Positions 46,628 through 57,382 of a stretch of DNA of 64,000 nt are shown piece after piece. Both the position numbers and the translations under genes were made by a program. Below the pieces are notes generated by a model. That model made no database searches. It worked only from the letters and a program-made list of their open reading frames with translations, and was not told the DNA's origin. Position 1 is the stretch's first letter. Every line of letters begins with the position of its first letter. The DNA is from a virus, in IMG/VR virus record IMGVR_UViG_3300010354_020206, positions 4,576-68,575 of that record. One strand, given 5' to 3'.

Positions 46628-46761
46628 AATGTTATTTTTTTCTTTAATTGTTTGAGTTAATTCTAATCATTAATTTTACAATTAGAATTTGCTTAAACCT
46701 GCGATTTTGAGATAGAAAGAGTGGCTTGAAATACTAAAGTTACTCAAAAAGGAGTAGGATT

Positions 46762-47427
46762 ATGCCAATCGAATTTGAAGATGCCCTAAAATTTGTTCTT
46801 AAGTGGGAAGGCGGGTTTACGAATCATCCTAAAGACCCAGGTGGTGCAACAAATAAAGGCATAACACAAAGAGTTTATGATTCATACAAAAAATCTAAAA
46901 AACACCCCGCGATGAGTGTGAAACATATTTTGGATTATGAAGTAAAAGAAATTTATGGAACCCGTTACTGGGACTTGGTTAGAGCAAAATGGCTTAAAGC
47001 CCCCCTTGGATTAGTTATGTTTGATACAGCTGTAAATTTTGGACCAGCAGGAGCAATCAGAAGATTGCAAAAAGCTTTGAAACTTAACATCACAGGCACT
47101 TGGACACAAGAAATTAGTGATGTTATTCATGAATGCGATGCTGGTAAAATTGCTTTAGAAATTTGCAAATTAAGAAAAATTTGGAGAAATTACCGAGTAA
47201 AACAAAATCCATCACAAAAAGTTTTCTTAAAAGGTTGGCTCAATAGAGATAATGATTTAATGAATGAAGTTAATAAATTATTGGGGGCTGGGATTTTTGA
47301 ATTAAACGAAGAAGTGTATACCGAATCAAATTCAGAAATAGAATATGATGAAAAAGAATTAATCGAAATTGCTGAAGAGGATTGGGATGAACACAGAAAA
47401 CTTGATAGCATTGAAACTATTGATTAG
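46762..47427 (+). CDS. GH108 lysozyme (endolysin) with peptidoglycan-binding domain
   Basis: EGGFTNHPKDPGGATNKGIT, FDTAVNFG, FLKGWLNR; acidic tail. Confidence 0.92.
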   Translation: MPIEFEDALKFVLKWEGGFTNHPKDPGGATNKGITQRVYDSYKKSKKHPAMSVKHILDYEVKEIYGTRYWDLVRAKWLKAPLGLVMFDTAVNFGPAGAIRRLQKALKLNITGTWTQEISDVIHECDAGKIALEICKLRKIWRNYRVKQNPSQKVFLKGWLNRDNDLMNEVNKLLGAGIFELNEEVYTESNSEIEYDEKELIEIAEEDWDEHRKLDSIETID

Positions 47428-47965
47428 ATTATCAGAACAAGTTGGCAATTATAAGTTGGCTGATTCTATTGCTAGAAAAACAATAAAATTAGCTCAAGCC
47501 CAACAATTTTTGCCTGGCACCGAACTTCAACCGGGTCAAATGTATGAAGTTCCAACAAATGACAATTCTGTCTTTGATAAAGTTGCTCAATCAGGAATTC
47601 CTGACTACGCAACTGTCGGAGGAGAGAAAGTTCTCGTCACTCATGGATCATCTGATGGCATGTGGCTAGTACCAGATTCTGTGGTTGCAAATTTCTTTAA
47701 TAATAATCCTGATTTTAAAGAAAATGGGCAAATTGGTGAAGGCGATAAATCGGCAGGAATCAACGCAAATTTTGAATCAGGCAAAAATAGATTATGGTTA
47801 AACGCACAGGGCATGCAGAAATATGCTGGAGCAAAATGGGTTGGCTGCTATGATTACATTTCAGGTAAAAACTTTGGGGCTTATGGAGGCTCCAAAGGAG
47901 CAATTGAAGTTGTAACTCAAACTGGCCCTGAAGGCCAAAAAACTTTCGTACAAACAGAATCTTAA
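47387..47965 (+). CDS. hypothetical protein with N-terminal helical tag
   Basis: Start moved to ATG 47387; N-terminus aligns to the 62-64 kb paralog leader. Confidence 0.7.
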   Translation: MNTENLIALKLLIRLSEQVGNYKLADSIARKTIKLAQAQQFLPGTELQPGQMYEVPTNDNSVFDKVAQSGIPDYATVGGEKVLVTHGSSDGMWLVPDSVVANFFNNNPDFKENGQIGEGDKSAGINANFESGKNRLWLNAQGMQKYAGAKWVGCYDYISGKNFGAYGGSKGAIEVVTQTGPEGQKTFVQTES

Positions 47966-48017
47966 TCAACAAAAAACAAAAATGGTTTGATTATTTCAAA
48001 TTTAGGAGGAAATAATC

Positions 48018-48476
48018 TTGAAGAACCATTTATTCAAATTAACTTTATTCGTTGTTTTAGTTTTAGGTATTTATTTATCACCTTTCAAAATTATAGTTGT
48101 AAGTGGCAATTCGATGTACCCAACATTGAAAAATAAACAAATTTTGATTGGAATGGAAGCTAACAAATTTGATAAAGAAGATGTCGTAGTTGCATATTTT
48201 GAAGATAATTACATTATCAAAAGAGTTAAATTTTTAGAAGGCGATGAATATTATTACTGGCTTAATAATAATTCAATTTTGCCAATTTTAGTTAACAAAG
48301 ATTTTTATGATCACTTTAATAAGCACAATAAAGTGGAAATGGTATATAAATCAAAAATAGAAAAAAATAGAGTTTATCTTTTGGGTGATAATTCAAATAA
48401 TTCTGATGATTCTAGAAGATTTGGAAGTTTAGACATTTCATCTATCAAGTATAAAATAATTTTTCCGAGGTTATAA
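48018..48476 (+). CDS. lepB: signal peptidase I (peptidase S26)
   Basis: N-terminal TM, VSGNSMYPTL (catalytic Ser), IIKRV (catalytic Lys), LGDNSNNSDDSRRFG; AGGAGG RBS before the TTG start. Confidence 0.92.
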   Translation: MKNHLFKLTLFVVLVLGIYLSPFKIIVVSGNSMYPTLKNKQILIGMEANKFDKEDVVVAYFEDNYIIKRVKFLEGDEYYYWLNNNSILPILVNKDFYDHFNKHNKVEMVYKSKIEKNRVYLLGDNSNNSDDSRRFGSLDISSIKYKIIFPRL

Positions 48477-48477
48477 A

Positions 48478-49722
48478 ATGGATAATTCTGGTTGTGGTGA
48501 TTCCGCTAGCATTCTGAATGCAATAAATGGCAATAGCAACATAGCTACATTAGATGCTTTTGGAAGGAATAGAGTTTCTGAACCTTTTACAATATTTGAT
48601 AGTTTTCATAGGTATAGAGAAAATGAAAAATTTAGCTATTCAACTAATGGATCTGGATCAAAAACCTACAGTGCCAATGAAAGTGTAGTTAACCTGAATG
48701 TCACAAATGCTTCAGGAGATTATGTTTATCAAGAATCTAAAAGAGTTATGCCTTATCAACCTGGTAAATCTTTTCTGGTTATGAGAACTTTTGCAATGGC
48801 TACTCCTAAAGCAAATTTACGACAAAGAATTGGTTTTTTTAGCACTCAAAACGGGGTCTTTCTTGAACAAGATGGTACAACACTTTATTTAGTTTTAAGA
48901 AGCTATGTAGGTGGTTCTGTAGATGATTCGAGGAAAGTTGCACAGTCAAGCTGGAATGGCAACAAATTTGATGGCTCAGCATTTTTCCCAAGACAATTAG
49001 ACGTTACCAAAGCAAACATTTTTTGGATGGATGTTGAGTGGCTAGGTGTAGGAGATGTTAGATGTGGCTTTATAGTTGACGGGGTGCCAGTAATTGCTCA
49101 TACTTTTCATAATGATAACTTAAATTTAACAACTTACATGACCACAGCAACTCTGCCATTAAGAGAAGAAATCGAAAATACTGCAGGAACAAGCGGATCT
49201 TCAACCATGAAAGTTATTTGTTCTACAGTAATTTCTGAAGGTGGATATCAAGGTGCAAGCGAGGTTCGTACTGTTTCAAGTACAATAATAGCATCTGATT
49301 ATAAAATGTTATCAACTGCTGGAACTTTATACCCTATGGTATCAATAAGACTCAAAAGCTCAAGACTCGATTCTGTAGTTTTACCTGTGCAAATTGATTT
49401 TTTAGGACACACTGCAGATAATTTTCAATGGAGACTTTTATTAAATCCAACTTTAAATTCAACAGGTGGGTTTACAGATTTTAGTTCATATAGTTCTGTT
49501 CAATATGATACTAGTGCTACTAGCATGTCAGACATTGGAACGGTCATTCAGGGTGGAATAGTTTATCAAAAAACAACAGCAGAACTTGGCGGAGTTCAAA
49601 ATTTCAATTTGCAACTTGGAAGGACAATTCAAGGCACTAGTGATATTATTACTTTAGCAGCCTCAGGTTCTAACACAAATGCCAAATGTATTGCTGGAAT
49701 TGGATGGATGGAATTAGTTTAA
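48478..49722 (+). CDS. beta-rich virion structural protein of large aquatic phages
   Basis: DAFGRNRVSEPFTIFDS, YQPGKS, EWLGVGDVRCGF, CSTVISEGG motifs recalled from phage structural proteins. Confidence 0.6.
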   Translation: MDNSGCGDSASILNAINGNSNIATLDAFGRNRVSEPFTIFDSFHRYRENEKFSYSTNGSGSKTYSANESVVNLNVTNASGDYVYQESKRVMPYQPGKSFLVMRTFAMATPKANLRQRIGFFSTQNGVFLEQDGTTLYLVLRSYVGGSVDDSRKVAQSSWNGNKFDGSAFFPRQLDVTKANIFWMDVEWLGVGDVRCGFIVDGVPVIAHTFHNDNLNLTTYMTTATLPLREEIENTAGTSGSSTMKVICSTVISEGGYQGASEVRTVSSTIIASDYKMLSTAGTLYPMVSIRLKSSRLDSVVLPVQIDFLGHTADNFQWRLLLNPTLNSTGGFTDFSSYSSVQYDTSATSMSDIGTVIQGGIVYQKTTAELGGVQNFNLQLGRTIQGTSDIITLAASGSNTNAKCIAGIGWMELV

Positions 49723-50744
49723 TATTTAGTTTTCATCCAATTAAAGGTTGCTAACATACCCTCAAATAGTGGCTGGGAAACTTCCCAGCCAATTTTTTCT
49801 TTAAATAACTTATTATCAGAATTTCTACCTTTGACACCAGTAGGGCATTTAAAACCATATTTGTCATAAAATTCTTGACCCCAAATAAATTTTAAATCTA
49901 TTTTTTTGCCTGAAATTTTACAGGCCATTCTTGCCAAGTCTCCAATTGTAATCATTTCTTCAGATCCAATGTTCACCGGGCCGCTAAAATCAGAATCCAT
50001 TAATCTAAAAATTGCTTCTACACATTCGTCAACATATAAAAAAGATCTTGTCTGAAAACCATCCCCCCAAACTTCGAATGTGCCACCATCTGGAGTTTCA
50101 ATAGCTTTTCTAATCATAGCAGCGGGGGCTTTCTCTTTGCCCCCTTTATATGTACCATAAGGTCCAAAAATGTTATGGAATCTTCCAATTTTAACATTCA
50201 AATTATAATTTCTATTAAAAGCTAAATATAATCTTTCAGAAAATAATTTTTCCCAACCATATTCTGAATCGGGATTTGCTGGATATGCACTTGACTCTTC
50301 ACAATTTGGATTATTAGGATCTAATTGATTGTGCTCTGGATACATACACGCAGATGAAGAATAAAAAATCTTTTTAACACTTTTTCTCACTGCCTCATGT
50401 GCAACATTTAAATTAATGAGGGCTGAATTATGCATCACATTTGCATCATTGTTACCAGTAAAAATATAACCTGCGCCGCCCATGTCTGCAGCCAATTGGT
50501 ACACTTCATCAAAGCTATTTTCTTTATCTGATTCTGAATGCTGTCCTGGTGCAAACATAATTGTGCTTACTAGACCTGGATCTCTCAAATCATCTACAAT
50601 AAATTCATCACAAATTTCATCATGATCAAAGTATTCATGGGTCTTGATGTCAACAATTCTAACAAAGTGGCCCTCATTTTTCAATCTTTTAGCCAAATGC
50701 CCACCAATAAAACCGCCGCCGCCCAAAATTAATACTTTTTTCAT
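49719..50744 (-). CDS. NAD-dependent epimerase, GDP-mannose 3,5-epimerase-like
   Basis: GGGGFIG, QLAADMGGAGYI, YSSSACMYP, YGWEKLFSE, GKEKAPAA, GRNSDN; start moved to ATG 50744. Confidence 0.88.
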   Translation of the reverse strand: MKKVLILGGGGFIGGHLAKRLKNEGHFVRIVDIKTHEYFDHDEICDEFIVDDLRDPGLVSTIMFAPGQHSESDKENSFDEVYQLAADMGGAGYIFTGNNDANVMHNSALINLNVAHEAVRKSVKKIFYSSSACMYPEHNQLDPNNPNCEESSAYPANPDSEYGWEKLFSERLYLAFNRNYNLNVKIGRFHNIFGPYGTYKGGKEKAPAAMIRKAIETPDGGTFEVWGDGFQTRSFLYVDECVEAIFRLMDSDFSGPVNIGSEEMITIGDLARMACKISGKKIDLKFIWGQEFYDKYGFKCPTGVKGRNSDNKLFKEKIGWEVSQPLFEGMLATFNWMKTKY

Positions 50745-50754
50745 AATTTGTAAC

Positions 50755-51594
50755 TCACTTAAAATCAATATAGTTTAATAACTCTTTCATTCTTTGTTTA
50801 TAAGTATGCTCTTTGGAAAACTCTATTGAATTTATCCTTAAATTTTCATAATCGAAAACATTTAATGATTCTAAAATTTCAAATAAATGTTTCTCATCAT
50901 TATAAATTAAACAATTTTTATTATGTTCAAATCCTAAATAATCGTATTGATGATTGTGATTAGTTATTAATACAGTTCCACATCCCATTGTCTCAAAAGA
51001 TCTGTAATTTACATCGATTCCTATGTTTTTATTGAAATGGTACTTGTAGGAACAAATACAATTTATCATTTCTTCACCAATTTTCCAGATATCTTTTTTC
51101 AAATAAAACTTTTTGTGTAATTCATCTATTATTTCTTTTCTATTATTATAGTTACCACAAAAACCCAATGTAAATCTTTTATTATTATGAGCTGGATAAA
51201 TTAAGTCATCATCATAGCCATGTGGTAACCAAACATGGTAACTCTCTTTCACGAAATCTATAGTAGCATGAACTAGATAATTATAACCTTTGTCTAAAAA
51301 ATGTTTCTCAAATACTTTTGTCCCAAGACAATGAGCGTCTCCCGCTGATAAAAGTTTAATAGGTCTATAGATAGATTTTAAATCAGGAAGCCACCAAGTG
51401 TTATAATTTTCATATGTGTAAATTAGATCATAGTTATTAAAATCTATAATGTCATTAAAATTATTATGCCCAAATCCCCAAACATCAGCAACATAACCCA
51501 AAGATTGAAAAGCTCTTTGAAATGAAAAACATTCTCGAAAATGTTTATTTTTCTCATGCTCGCCAGCACTTTGAATTATTAAAATTTTTTTCAT
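50755..51594 (-). CDS. glycosyltransferase (CgeB/YkvP-like GT-B C-terminal domain)
   Basis: LGFCGN...R, NYRSFETMGCGTVLIT, HTYKQR. Confidence 0.8.
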   Translation of the reverse strand: MKKILIIQSAGEHEKNKHFRECFSFQRAFQSLGYVADVWGFGHNNFNDIIDFNNYDLIYTYENYNTWWLPDLKSIYRPIKLLSAGDAHCLGTKVFEKHFLDKGYNYLVHATIDFVKESYHVWLPHGYDDDLIYPAHNNKRFTLGFCGNYNNRKEIIDELHKKFYLKKDIWKIGEEMINCICSYKYHFNKNIGIDVNYRSFETMGCGTVLITNHNHQYDYLGFEHNKNCLIYNDEKHLFEILESLNVFDYENLRINSIEFSKEHTYKQRMKELLNYIDFK

Positions 51595-51595
51595 T

Positions 51596-53065
51596 TTATT
51601 CTAGCCAAAACTCATTCGGAGTTTCATCAAGTTTATGCAAAAATTGATAAACATTATTAGATTTTTTTCTAAATAAACAAATCCACAAGCCAACATTACC
51701 ACTGTTCAAAATTACTTTACTTGAATCAGAAATTATTGACATCACTGCTAAAAAAAGTTGAGCACTGTAAACTCTTTGACCCTTTTTTATAGTATATTGC
51801 ACTGAATTTGTACTTTTATTTATTTTTGTAGTTTCTTCAATTACTATGCAATCATTAAATTTATTAGTTACTAAATCAATAAATTCTTTTTCATCTGTTT
51901 GAATTAAAATTTTATGATCAGAAAATTCATTTTTTATTTTTTCAATTTTATTCATCAAAATTTCGTAACTTGGCAAATTAGTCTCTAAAAATTTATCATT
52001 GCCTCTGAAGCAAACGGCTATTATCTTAGATGTTTCGATTTTATATTTTTTAATCAAATGTTTTTTAATGCTTAATACTTCTTCTGATAGATCAAAATAA
52101 ATATCCGTTATTTTATTTACATAATCATAATTAATTTTGTGGTAATTTATAAATTGATCTTCATTACAAACTTTTGGATAATTAGAAAAATCAGAAAAGT
52201 TTTGAAAATCAAAATCATAAATTTTATTATTTTTAAAAAATTTATCAGTTATGTCATTTTGATTGAAAACGTCTACTGTGCCACCCCACCATTGTTGTAT
52301 TTCATCAATTCCATCGTCTTTATAAAGTTCCCATTGTTCAGAAGAATCCACATTTGGTAAAATGTTATTTTTATGATGAAATTCGAGTATGCCTCGCAAT
52401 TTAACAGTACAACAGCTGAAAAAACCAGAATTCCATGTAGTTTTTAGTACTGGGCGGTCGTTAAATAATTTAAAGAACTCTTCAACAGAAATTAAATTTA
52501 AAAGATTTTTTCTATTTAAATCAAAATAATGCCAGTCATTCAAAGCTAAATCATAATTTTTGGGAGCGTTCCAATCAAGTTGTTTTTTATTTTTTACAAT
52601 GATACCAACACCCCAATCTGTATCCACAGTAAAAAATGAATGTTTTGTATTTATTTTTCTAAATTTAAGAATTGACTTATATACATCTCCATTCCATTGA
52701 ACAGTTTCACGAGGAATCAAAGTCATTTCGAGATTTGTAGGATTGCAGTCATGCAAAATTACCATGCCATTATCTTTGGTTTGTCTAAGAGAATTTTCTA
52801 TATCTACATCAACCTGTTCACTCAAATGTAACCCATCAATAAAAATTATATCATAAAATTTATCTTTATTTTGTTCAAAAAAATCATTTGAAGTTAATTT
52901 ATAGTTTACGCCAATTGCTAATCCATTTTCAACACCAGGATCTACACCATCTTTATTTTGGCAGTTTATTCGATTGATGCACTCACCATCAAAAATTCCA
53001 ATTTCTAAGTAATTTGTAAAATTATAAATTTTAATTAAATGATTAATAATGTCAAATCTAAACAT
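51596..53065 (-). CDS. fusion of SAM methyltransferase (Methyltransf_24-like) and NodZ/fucosyltransferase-like domain
   Basis: N-part YLEIG, DIIFIDGLH, ILHDCNP; C-part SGFFSC, AVCFRGNDK, LIQTDE, SGNVGLW. Confidence 0.8.
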   Translation of the reverse strand: MFRFDIINHLIKIYNFTNYLEIGIFDGECINRINCQNKDGVDPGVENGLAIGVNYKLTSNDFFEQNKDKFYDIIFIDGLHLSEQVDVDIENSLRQTKDNGMVILHDCNPTNLEMTLIPRETVQWNGDVYKSILKFRKINTKHSFFTVDTDWGVGIIVKNKKQLDWNAPKNYDLALNDWHYFDLNRKNLLNLISVEEFFKLFNDRPVLKTTWNSGFFSCCTVKLRGILEFHHKNNILPNVDSSEQWELYKDDGIDEIQQWWGGTVDVFNQNDITDKFFKNNKIYDFDFQNFSDFSNYPKVCNEDQFINYHKINYDYVNKITDIYFDLSEEVLSIKKHLIKKYKIETSKIIAVCFRGNDKFLETNLPSYEILMNKIEKIKNEFSDHKILIQTDEKEFIDLVTNKFNDCIVIEETTKINKSTNSVQYTIKKGQRVYSAQLFLAVMSIISDSSKVILNSGNVGLWICLFRKKSNNVYQFLHKLDETPNEFWLE

Positions 53066-54262
53066 TTACATTTCCCATGGATTGATTATGATTTTATTTT
53101 CTACATTTAAATCAATTTTTACTGGATGTGTTATAACGATAACTTCACATTCATCTATTAAAGATTGTAAATCTTTATAATTTGATAAAATCAAATTGTC
53201 AAAATAAGAAACTTCAAAATTTTCTTTTAATAATCTTTCATAAAGAATGTTGCCTGGAGACTCAACAGTTACATAAGTATTAGGCTTGAATGATAGTCCA
53301 AAGATGCCAATCCTTTTGTCTTTGAAATTTTTCACTTTACTATATAATAAATCATTTTGATGATCGTTTATTTTTTGTGTAGCTTTAATATGACAAGCGT
53401 CTAAACCTAAATTATCAGCTAACTTAATAAAAGCCCAAGTATCTCTTGGGAAACAAGTACCACCAAATGCTAGGCCGCTTCTAAAATAGTAAGGAGAGAT
53501 TCTTTTGTCAAAACCTAAAGCTTTAGTAATGTTATTTGGATTAGCATTTAACTTTTCTGAAATGTTTCCGATAAAGTTTGCAAAACTTATCTTCATTGTT
53601 ATGAATGCATTCAAGCTGACTTTAGAAATTTCAGCCTCAATTAATGACATTCTTACTATAGGAGGGCAATTCTTGAAAATTTTAGAATAAATTTCAACCG
53701 CAACATCACCATATTTACTATTGCTTTCTCCCAAAATAACAACATCTGGATTCTCAAAATCTTTAATTACCGAACCGAGAGCTACTAAATCAGGAATATA
53801 GACTAAACCAAAATTTTCATTCAATTTTTTATTTGTACATTCTTCAATTTTTGATATGAATTTATCCAAACTTGTTGGCATTACTGTTGAACTTATGATA
53901 AATAAGAAATCGTTCTTCTTTGTATTATTCAAAGCAAAGCAAATGTCATCAAGCGCATCGTAAATGTACTTATTTGAAAATTCTCCATTTTCATCAGATG
54001 GAGTATTAACCAAAATTATGGCTACATCTGTAGATTCTACCACTTCTTCAAAACTGAAAGAATATTCTATGTTGTCTCTACCTGCAATTAAATATTCTTT
54101 CAAATTTGATTCATAAAATGGTAATTCATTATTCTTTAAAAGTTTTATTTTATTTTGATCAACATCAATTCCAATTATTTTTTGCCCATTATACGCAAAA
54201 GTACTCAATAAAGGCAAGCCCAATTTGCCAAGGCCAATGATAGAAATTTTTTCTTTAGTCAT
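53066..54262 (-). CDS. UDP-glucose/GDP-mannose dehydrogenase family protein
   Basis: IIGLGKLG, VNTPS, SSTVMP, FGGTCFPRD (catalytic Cys), GLSFKPNT; start moved to ATG 54262. Confidence 0.92.
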   Translation of the reverse strand: MTKEKISIIGLGKLGLPLLSTFAYNGQKIIGIDVDQNKIKLLKNNELPFYESNLKEYLIAGRDNIEYSFSFEEVVESTDVAIILVNTPSDENGEFSNKYIYDALDDICFALNNTKKNDFLFIISSTVMPTSLDKFISKIEECTNKKLNENFGLVYIPDLVALGSVIKDFENPDVVILGESNSKYGDVAVEIYSKIFKNCPPIVRMSLIEAEISKVSLNAFITMKISFANFIGNISEKLNANPNNITKALGFDKRISPYYFRSGLAFGGTCFPRDTWAFIKLADNLGLDACHIKATQKINDHQNDLLYSKVKNFKDKRIGIFGLSFKPNTYVTVESPGNILYERLLKENFEVSYFDNLILSNYKDLQSLIDECEVIVITHPVKIDLNVENKIIINPWEM

Positions 54263-55592
54263 TTTTACACTCTGATAAAACACAACGTATTTTTCCAGTT
54301 GTTTTATCTCTTTCAATGTCATCAACAAAAATTATTTCAGTAGGTAAAATACCAACTCTCTTTTCAACTTCAAATTTTAATTTATTAAACATTTGTATAC
54401 TTCTATCTTCTGATACTGCCTTGAATGTAATTGATTTATCTTTATGTTGTAAAATTTGAAACATCTTTATTTCCTTAATGTTTGCCATAGCTGTGTAAAA
54501 ATTAACCGAAGGTATTTTAGCTCCATTTTTTGCAAAAATCATGTCATCAGCTCTGCCAAAAATTTCTTTAACGGTGAATGGCCTGGAATTATTCTTAACG
54601 ACATCAAAATTCAAATCAGCTTGATCATTTGTTTTATATCTTAAAAAAGGCATGACGTAATTCAAAAAAGGAGTACCTATTATAAAACCTTCTTCATCAA
54701 ATTCTGTATATGAATAAGTTAAATCTTCATGATAGTAATTACTCAAATTTGATTGATACATAAAAGATGCTTTTTCAATCAAACCATAATGCATTTTGAT
54801 TTCGAAACCAAAATAATTTTTTACCTTATCGTTCCAAGAAGGCAAACATTTTTCAGAAGCACAGTGTATCGACGTTATATTATTTAATTTCAAATTAAAT
54901 TTTTCTAACAAACAAGTAAGCCAAAAAGCTGTAGAAGGATAAGTTACAATTACTCTGGCTGGTAATGAATTTATAATTTCAACATATTGTTGAATAAACT
55001 TTTCATTTAGATGAAAAGGAGACATGTAAATTCTTTTAAGCTCATAATCTTTTACGAAAAGTTCGCTTTCATCACGGGGCGAGTGTCTCCTTATCCAAAC
55101 AGACCATTCATCATACAAATTTGCACCGTGAGATCTGAAACTGTGAAGGATGTAAGCAGCTTCCTTTTTATAAATTGAATCATCGCCATAAAATCTTAAT
55201 TTTTCACCTGTAGATCCAGATGTTTTAAACAAAGTTCTAGGCCCATTATAATTTGTTGCTATTAAAGAATCAAAATTATCATTTATAGTTTTCTTGTTCA
55301 TTAATGGCAATTTGTTCATACAGTCAAATGATTGGATGTTAACATCAAATTCATAATCTGCAAATAATTTAGAATAGTATGGCACATAATTTTTGCAATG
55401 CAATAAAATTCTTTTAGTTTCTTCAAATTGGTAATCTTTTGCTCTATCATAAGACCAATTATCAACTTGGCCAAGAAAATCTAACGTTTCACCAAATAAT
55501 CTGCCATACCTATTACGGAATGGGACGATGTTGTAATAAAGCTTTTTTATAGTTGTCGGCTGCTTTTTAATTATTCTACTAATTATTCCCAT
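54255..55592 (-). CDS. CapK/phenylacetate-CoA-ligase-like adenylating enzyme
   Basis: VPYY, TSGSTG, YGLIE, MPFLRYKTND, GRADD, TGKIR. Confidence 0.88.
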   Translation of the reverse strand: MGIISRIIKKQPTTIKKLYYNIVPFRNRYGRLFGETLDFLGQVDNWSYDRAKDYQFEETKRILLHCKNYVPYYSKLFADYEFDVNIQSFDCMNKLPLMNKKTINDNFDSLIATNYNGPRTLFKTSGSTGEKLRFYGDDSIYKKEAAYILHSFRSHGANLYDEWSVWIRRHSPRDESELFVKDYELKRIYMSPFHLNEKFIQQYVEIINSLPARVIVTYPSTAFWLTCLLEKFNLKLNNITSIHCASEKCLPSWNDKVKNYFGFEIKMHYGLIEKASFMYQSNLSNYYHEDLTYSYTEFDEEGFIIGTPFLNYVMPFLRYKTNDQADLNFDVVKNNSRPFTVKEIFGRADDMIFAKNGAKIPSVNFYTAMANIKEIKMFQILQHKDKSITFKAVSEDRSIQMFNKLKFEVEKRVGILPTEIIFVDDIERDKTTGKIRCVLSECKND

Positions 55593-55899
55593 TGAAAAAA
55601 TCTTCCGAATTTATTGCTTTGTCATCAACAAAATAATCTGCATTGAATTTGACACCTGTTCTTAGTTCATGAAATTTTAAACCAAAATCAATCAATTGAT
55701 TATAAGTTTGTTCATACCAATTCTTTTTAGAAACACAACCTCTAGCAGTTTCTATTATTATATAATTACCTTTTTCAAATAATTGATTTATTTTATTAAT
55801 TCTTTCTTCGAAAGGTTTGGCATTCAAATAATCCCAATTGCCGTCTTGGTCTTTAATTGTATCGCAAATTGTATTATCTAAATCAAAAACAAATCTCAT
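55579..55899 (-). CDS. small HAD-family (capsule-biosynthesis-type) phosphatase
   Basis: FDLDNTIC, ETARG, YFVDDKAIN. Confidence 0.88.
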   Translation of the reverse strand: MRFVFDLDNTICDTIKDQDGNWDYLNAKPFEERINKINQLFEKGNYIIIETARGCVSKKNWYEQTYNQLIDFGLKFHELRTGVKFNADYFVDDKAINSEDFFNGNN

Positions 55900-56669
55900 T
55901 GTAAATCTCTATCCTCATTAGGAATTGCACCACATGACATCAGATGGCCATGTCTTGAAATCATTATTTGCATGTTCTTTAAAAAAGAATTATAATGAAT
56001 GTTTTGATTAACTCTAGTGCTTACAGCCCATTCCCGCTCAGAATCAAAATCAATCCAATAAAGACCACTTACTTTTCCAAATTCATTGAAAGCCTTATAT
56101 GATAAATCATGATCATCAAAATTATCAGGTGCCAATTCTTCGTCAAAGTAATTTAGCTTTACTACATCTGAAAAATCATACATTAAAGGACCTCTGATTG
56201 CAACTTCTCTAACACCAAATTGATTTCTAGAATAGCCTGTCCTTCTATCTGCGCCCATTGGAAATACCAATTCGTTTTCAAAAATAAAATTATTATGAGC
56301 AGTTTGTGCAGAAACTGCAAACACATCTTTGAATTCAAGAAATGGCTTCAACATTCTTTTGTCAAATTCTTTTTCTTTTATTACCATGTCATCCTGAATT
56401 ATTATTACATAATCATTTTCTACTCTTTTGAACCCAGCATTATTTGCTTTGGTTTCAAACACATTGTCAGTAAAAACATAATCTATCTTAATTTTTAAAT
56501 TTTTGAATTTATTTTTGATTATTGATTCACTATTATCAATACATCCATCTAAGACCACGACTATCTGTTTAACATTATCTGAAATGGAATTTACAATTCC
56601 TTCACAAACCATGTCTATGTATTTTTCTTGATTATGCACATTCAATAAACAACTAACACGATTATTCAT
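55896..56669 (-). CDS. glycosyltransferase family 2
   Basis: VHNQEKYI, VVVLDGCID, IIIQDDM, FDDHDLS. Confidence 0.85.
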   Translation of the reverse strand: MNNRVSCLLNVHNQEKYIDMVCEGIVNSISDNVKQIVVVLDGCIDNSESIIKNKFKNLKIKIDYVFTDNVFETKANNAGFKRVENDYVIIIQDDMVIKEKEFDKRMLKPFLEFKDVFAVSAQTAHNNFIFENELVFPMGADRRTGYSRNQFGVREVAIRGPLMYDFSDVVKLNYFDEELAPDNFDDHDLSYKAFNEFGKVSGLYWIDFDSEREWAVSTRVNQNIHYNSFLKNMQIMISRHGHLMSCGAIPNEDRDLQ

Positions 56670-57382
56670 TTTTTTAACCTTTGAAATACTCTGTTATGAC
56701 CCACACAAATGACTTCGACAAAATCGGCATCAAATTCTATAGTATCTTTGATAGCATTGCACACATCCAAATGACCCTTAAAATTATCAGGAGGTAAATC
56801 TTTAAAGCAAGCCGAATCATCAAACACAATTATAGCGCCAGATTTGCAAACTCTCTTCATTAATTCAATGTCAGAAATTACAACTTCATAATCATGGCTG
56901 CCATCAATGTACATTAAATCAAAGTATTTAAGCTTTTCAATTTTATTCATAACTTCTTTGTCATTAGAACTTCCAATAATTAAATTTTTATCAGCATCAA
57001 ATTCTAAATCAAAATAATTGAAAATACCACCTATTATTTGCTTGTAATCTGCTTGTTCATAATTTGAGAATTTATCACCTAGCCCAATCAATGGGGTTAC
57101 TCCATAAAATTCAACTTTTTTATCCATAGAATTAGATAAAAGCTTGACTAAACTTAAAACTTGACCTTTATAAACTCCGATTTCTATAAATTTAAAAGAA
57201 GGGGGCATTAAATTTATAATTTCACGCCACATAGCATGAAATGGCCTTTCTCCAAAGCCCAAATTATTGCTTTCTACATAAAATCTATGAGATTTTAATA
57301 AATCATCTTCTTCAAACTTATTGCAAAAGTGATCATAAATTTGAGTCAAATTATAATTAGAGAATTCTATAAAAGGTTCCAT
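56666..57382 (-). CDS. SAM methyltransferase (Methyltransf_24-like)
   Basis: FIEIGVYKG, DLMYIDGSHDY, IVFDD. Confidence 0.88.
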   Translation of the reverse strand: MEPFIEFSNYNLTQIYDHFCNKFEEDDLLKSHRFYVESNNLGFGERPFHAMWREIINLMPPSFKFIEIGVYKGQVLSLVKLLSNSMDKKVEFYGVTPLIGLGDKFSNYEQADYKQIIGGIFNYFDLEFDADKNLIIGSSNDKEVMNKIEKLKYFDLMYIDGSHDYEVVISDIELMKRVCKSGAIIVFDDSACFKDLPPDNFKGHLDVCNAIKDTIEFDADFVEVICVGHNRVFQRLKK

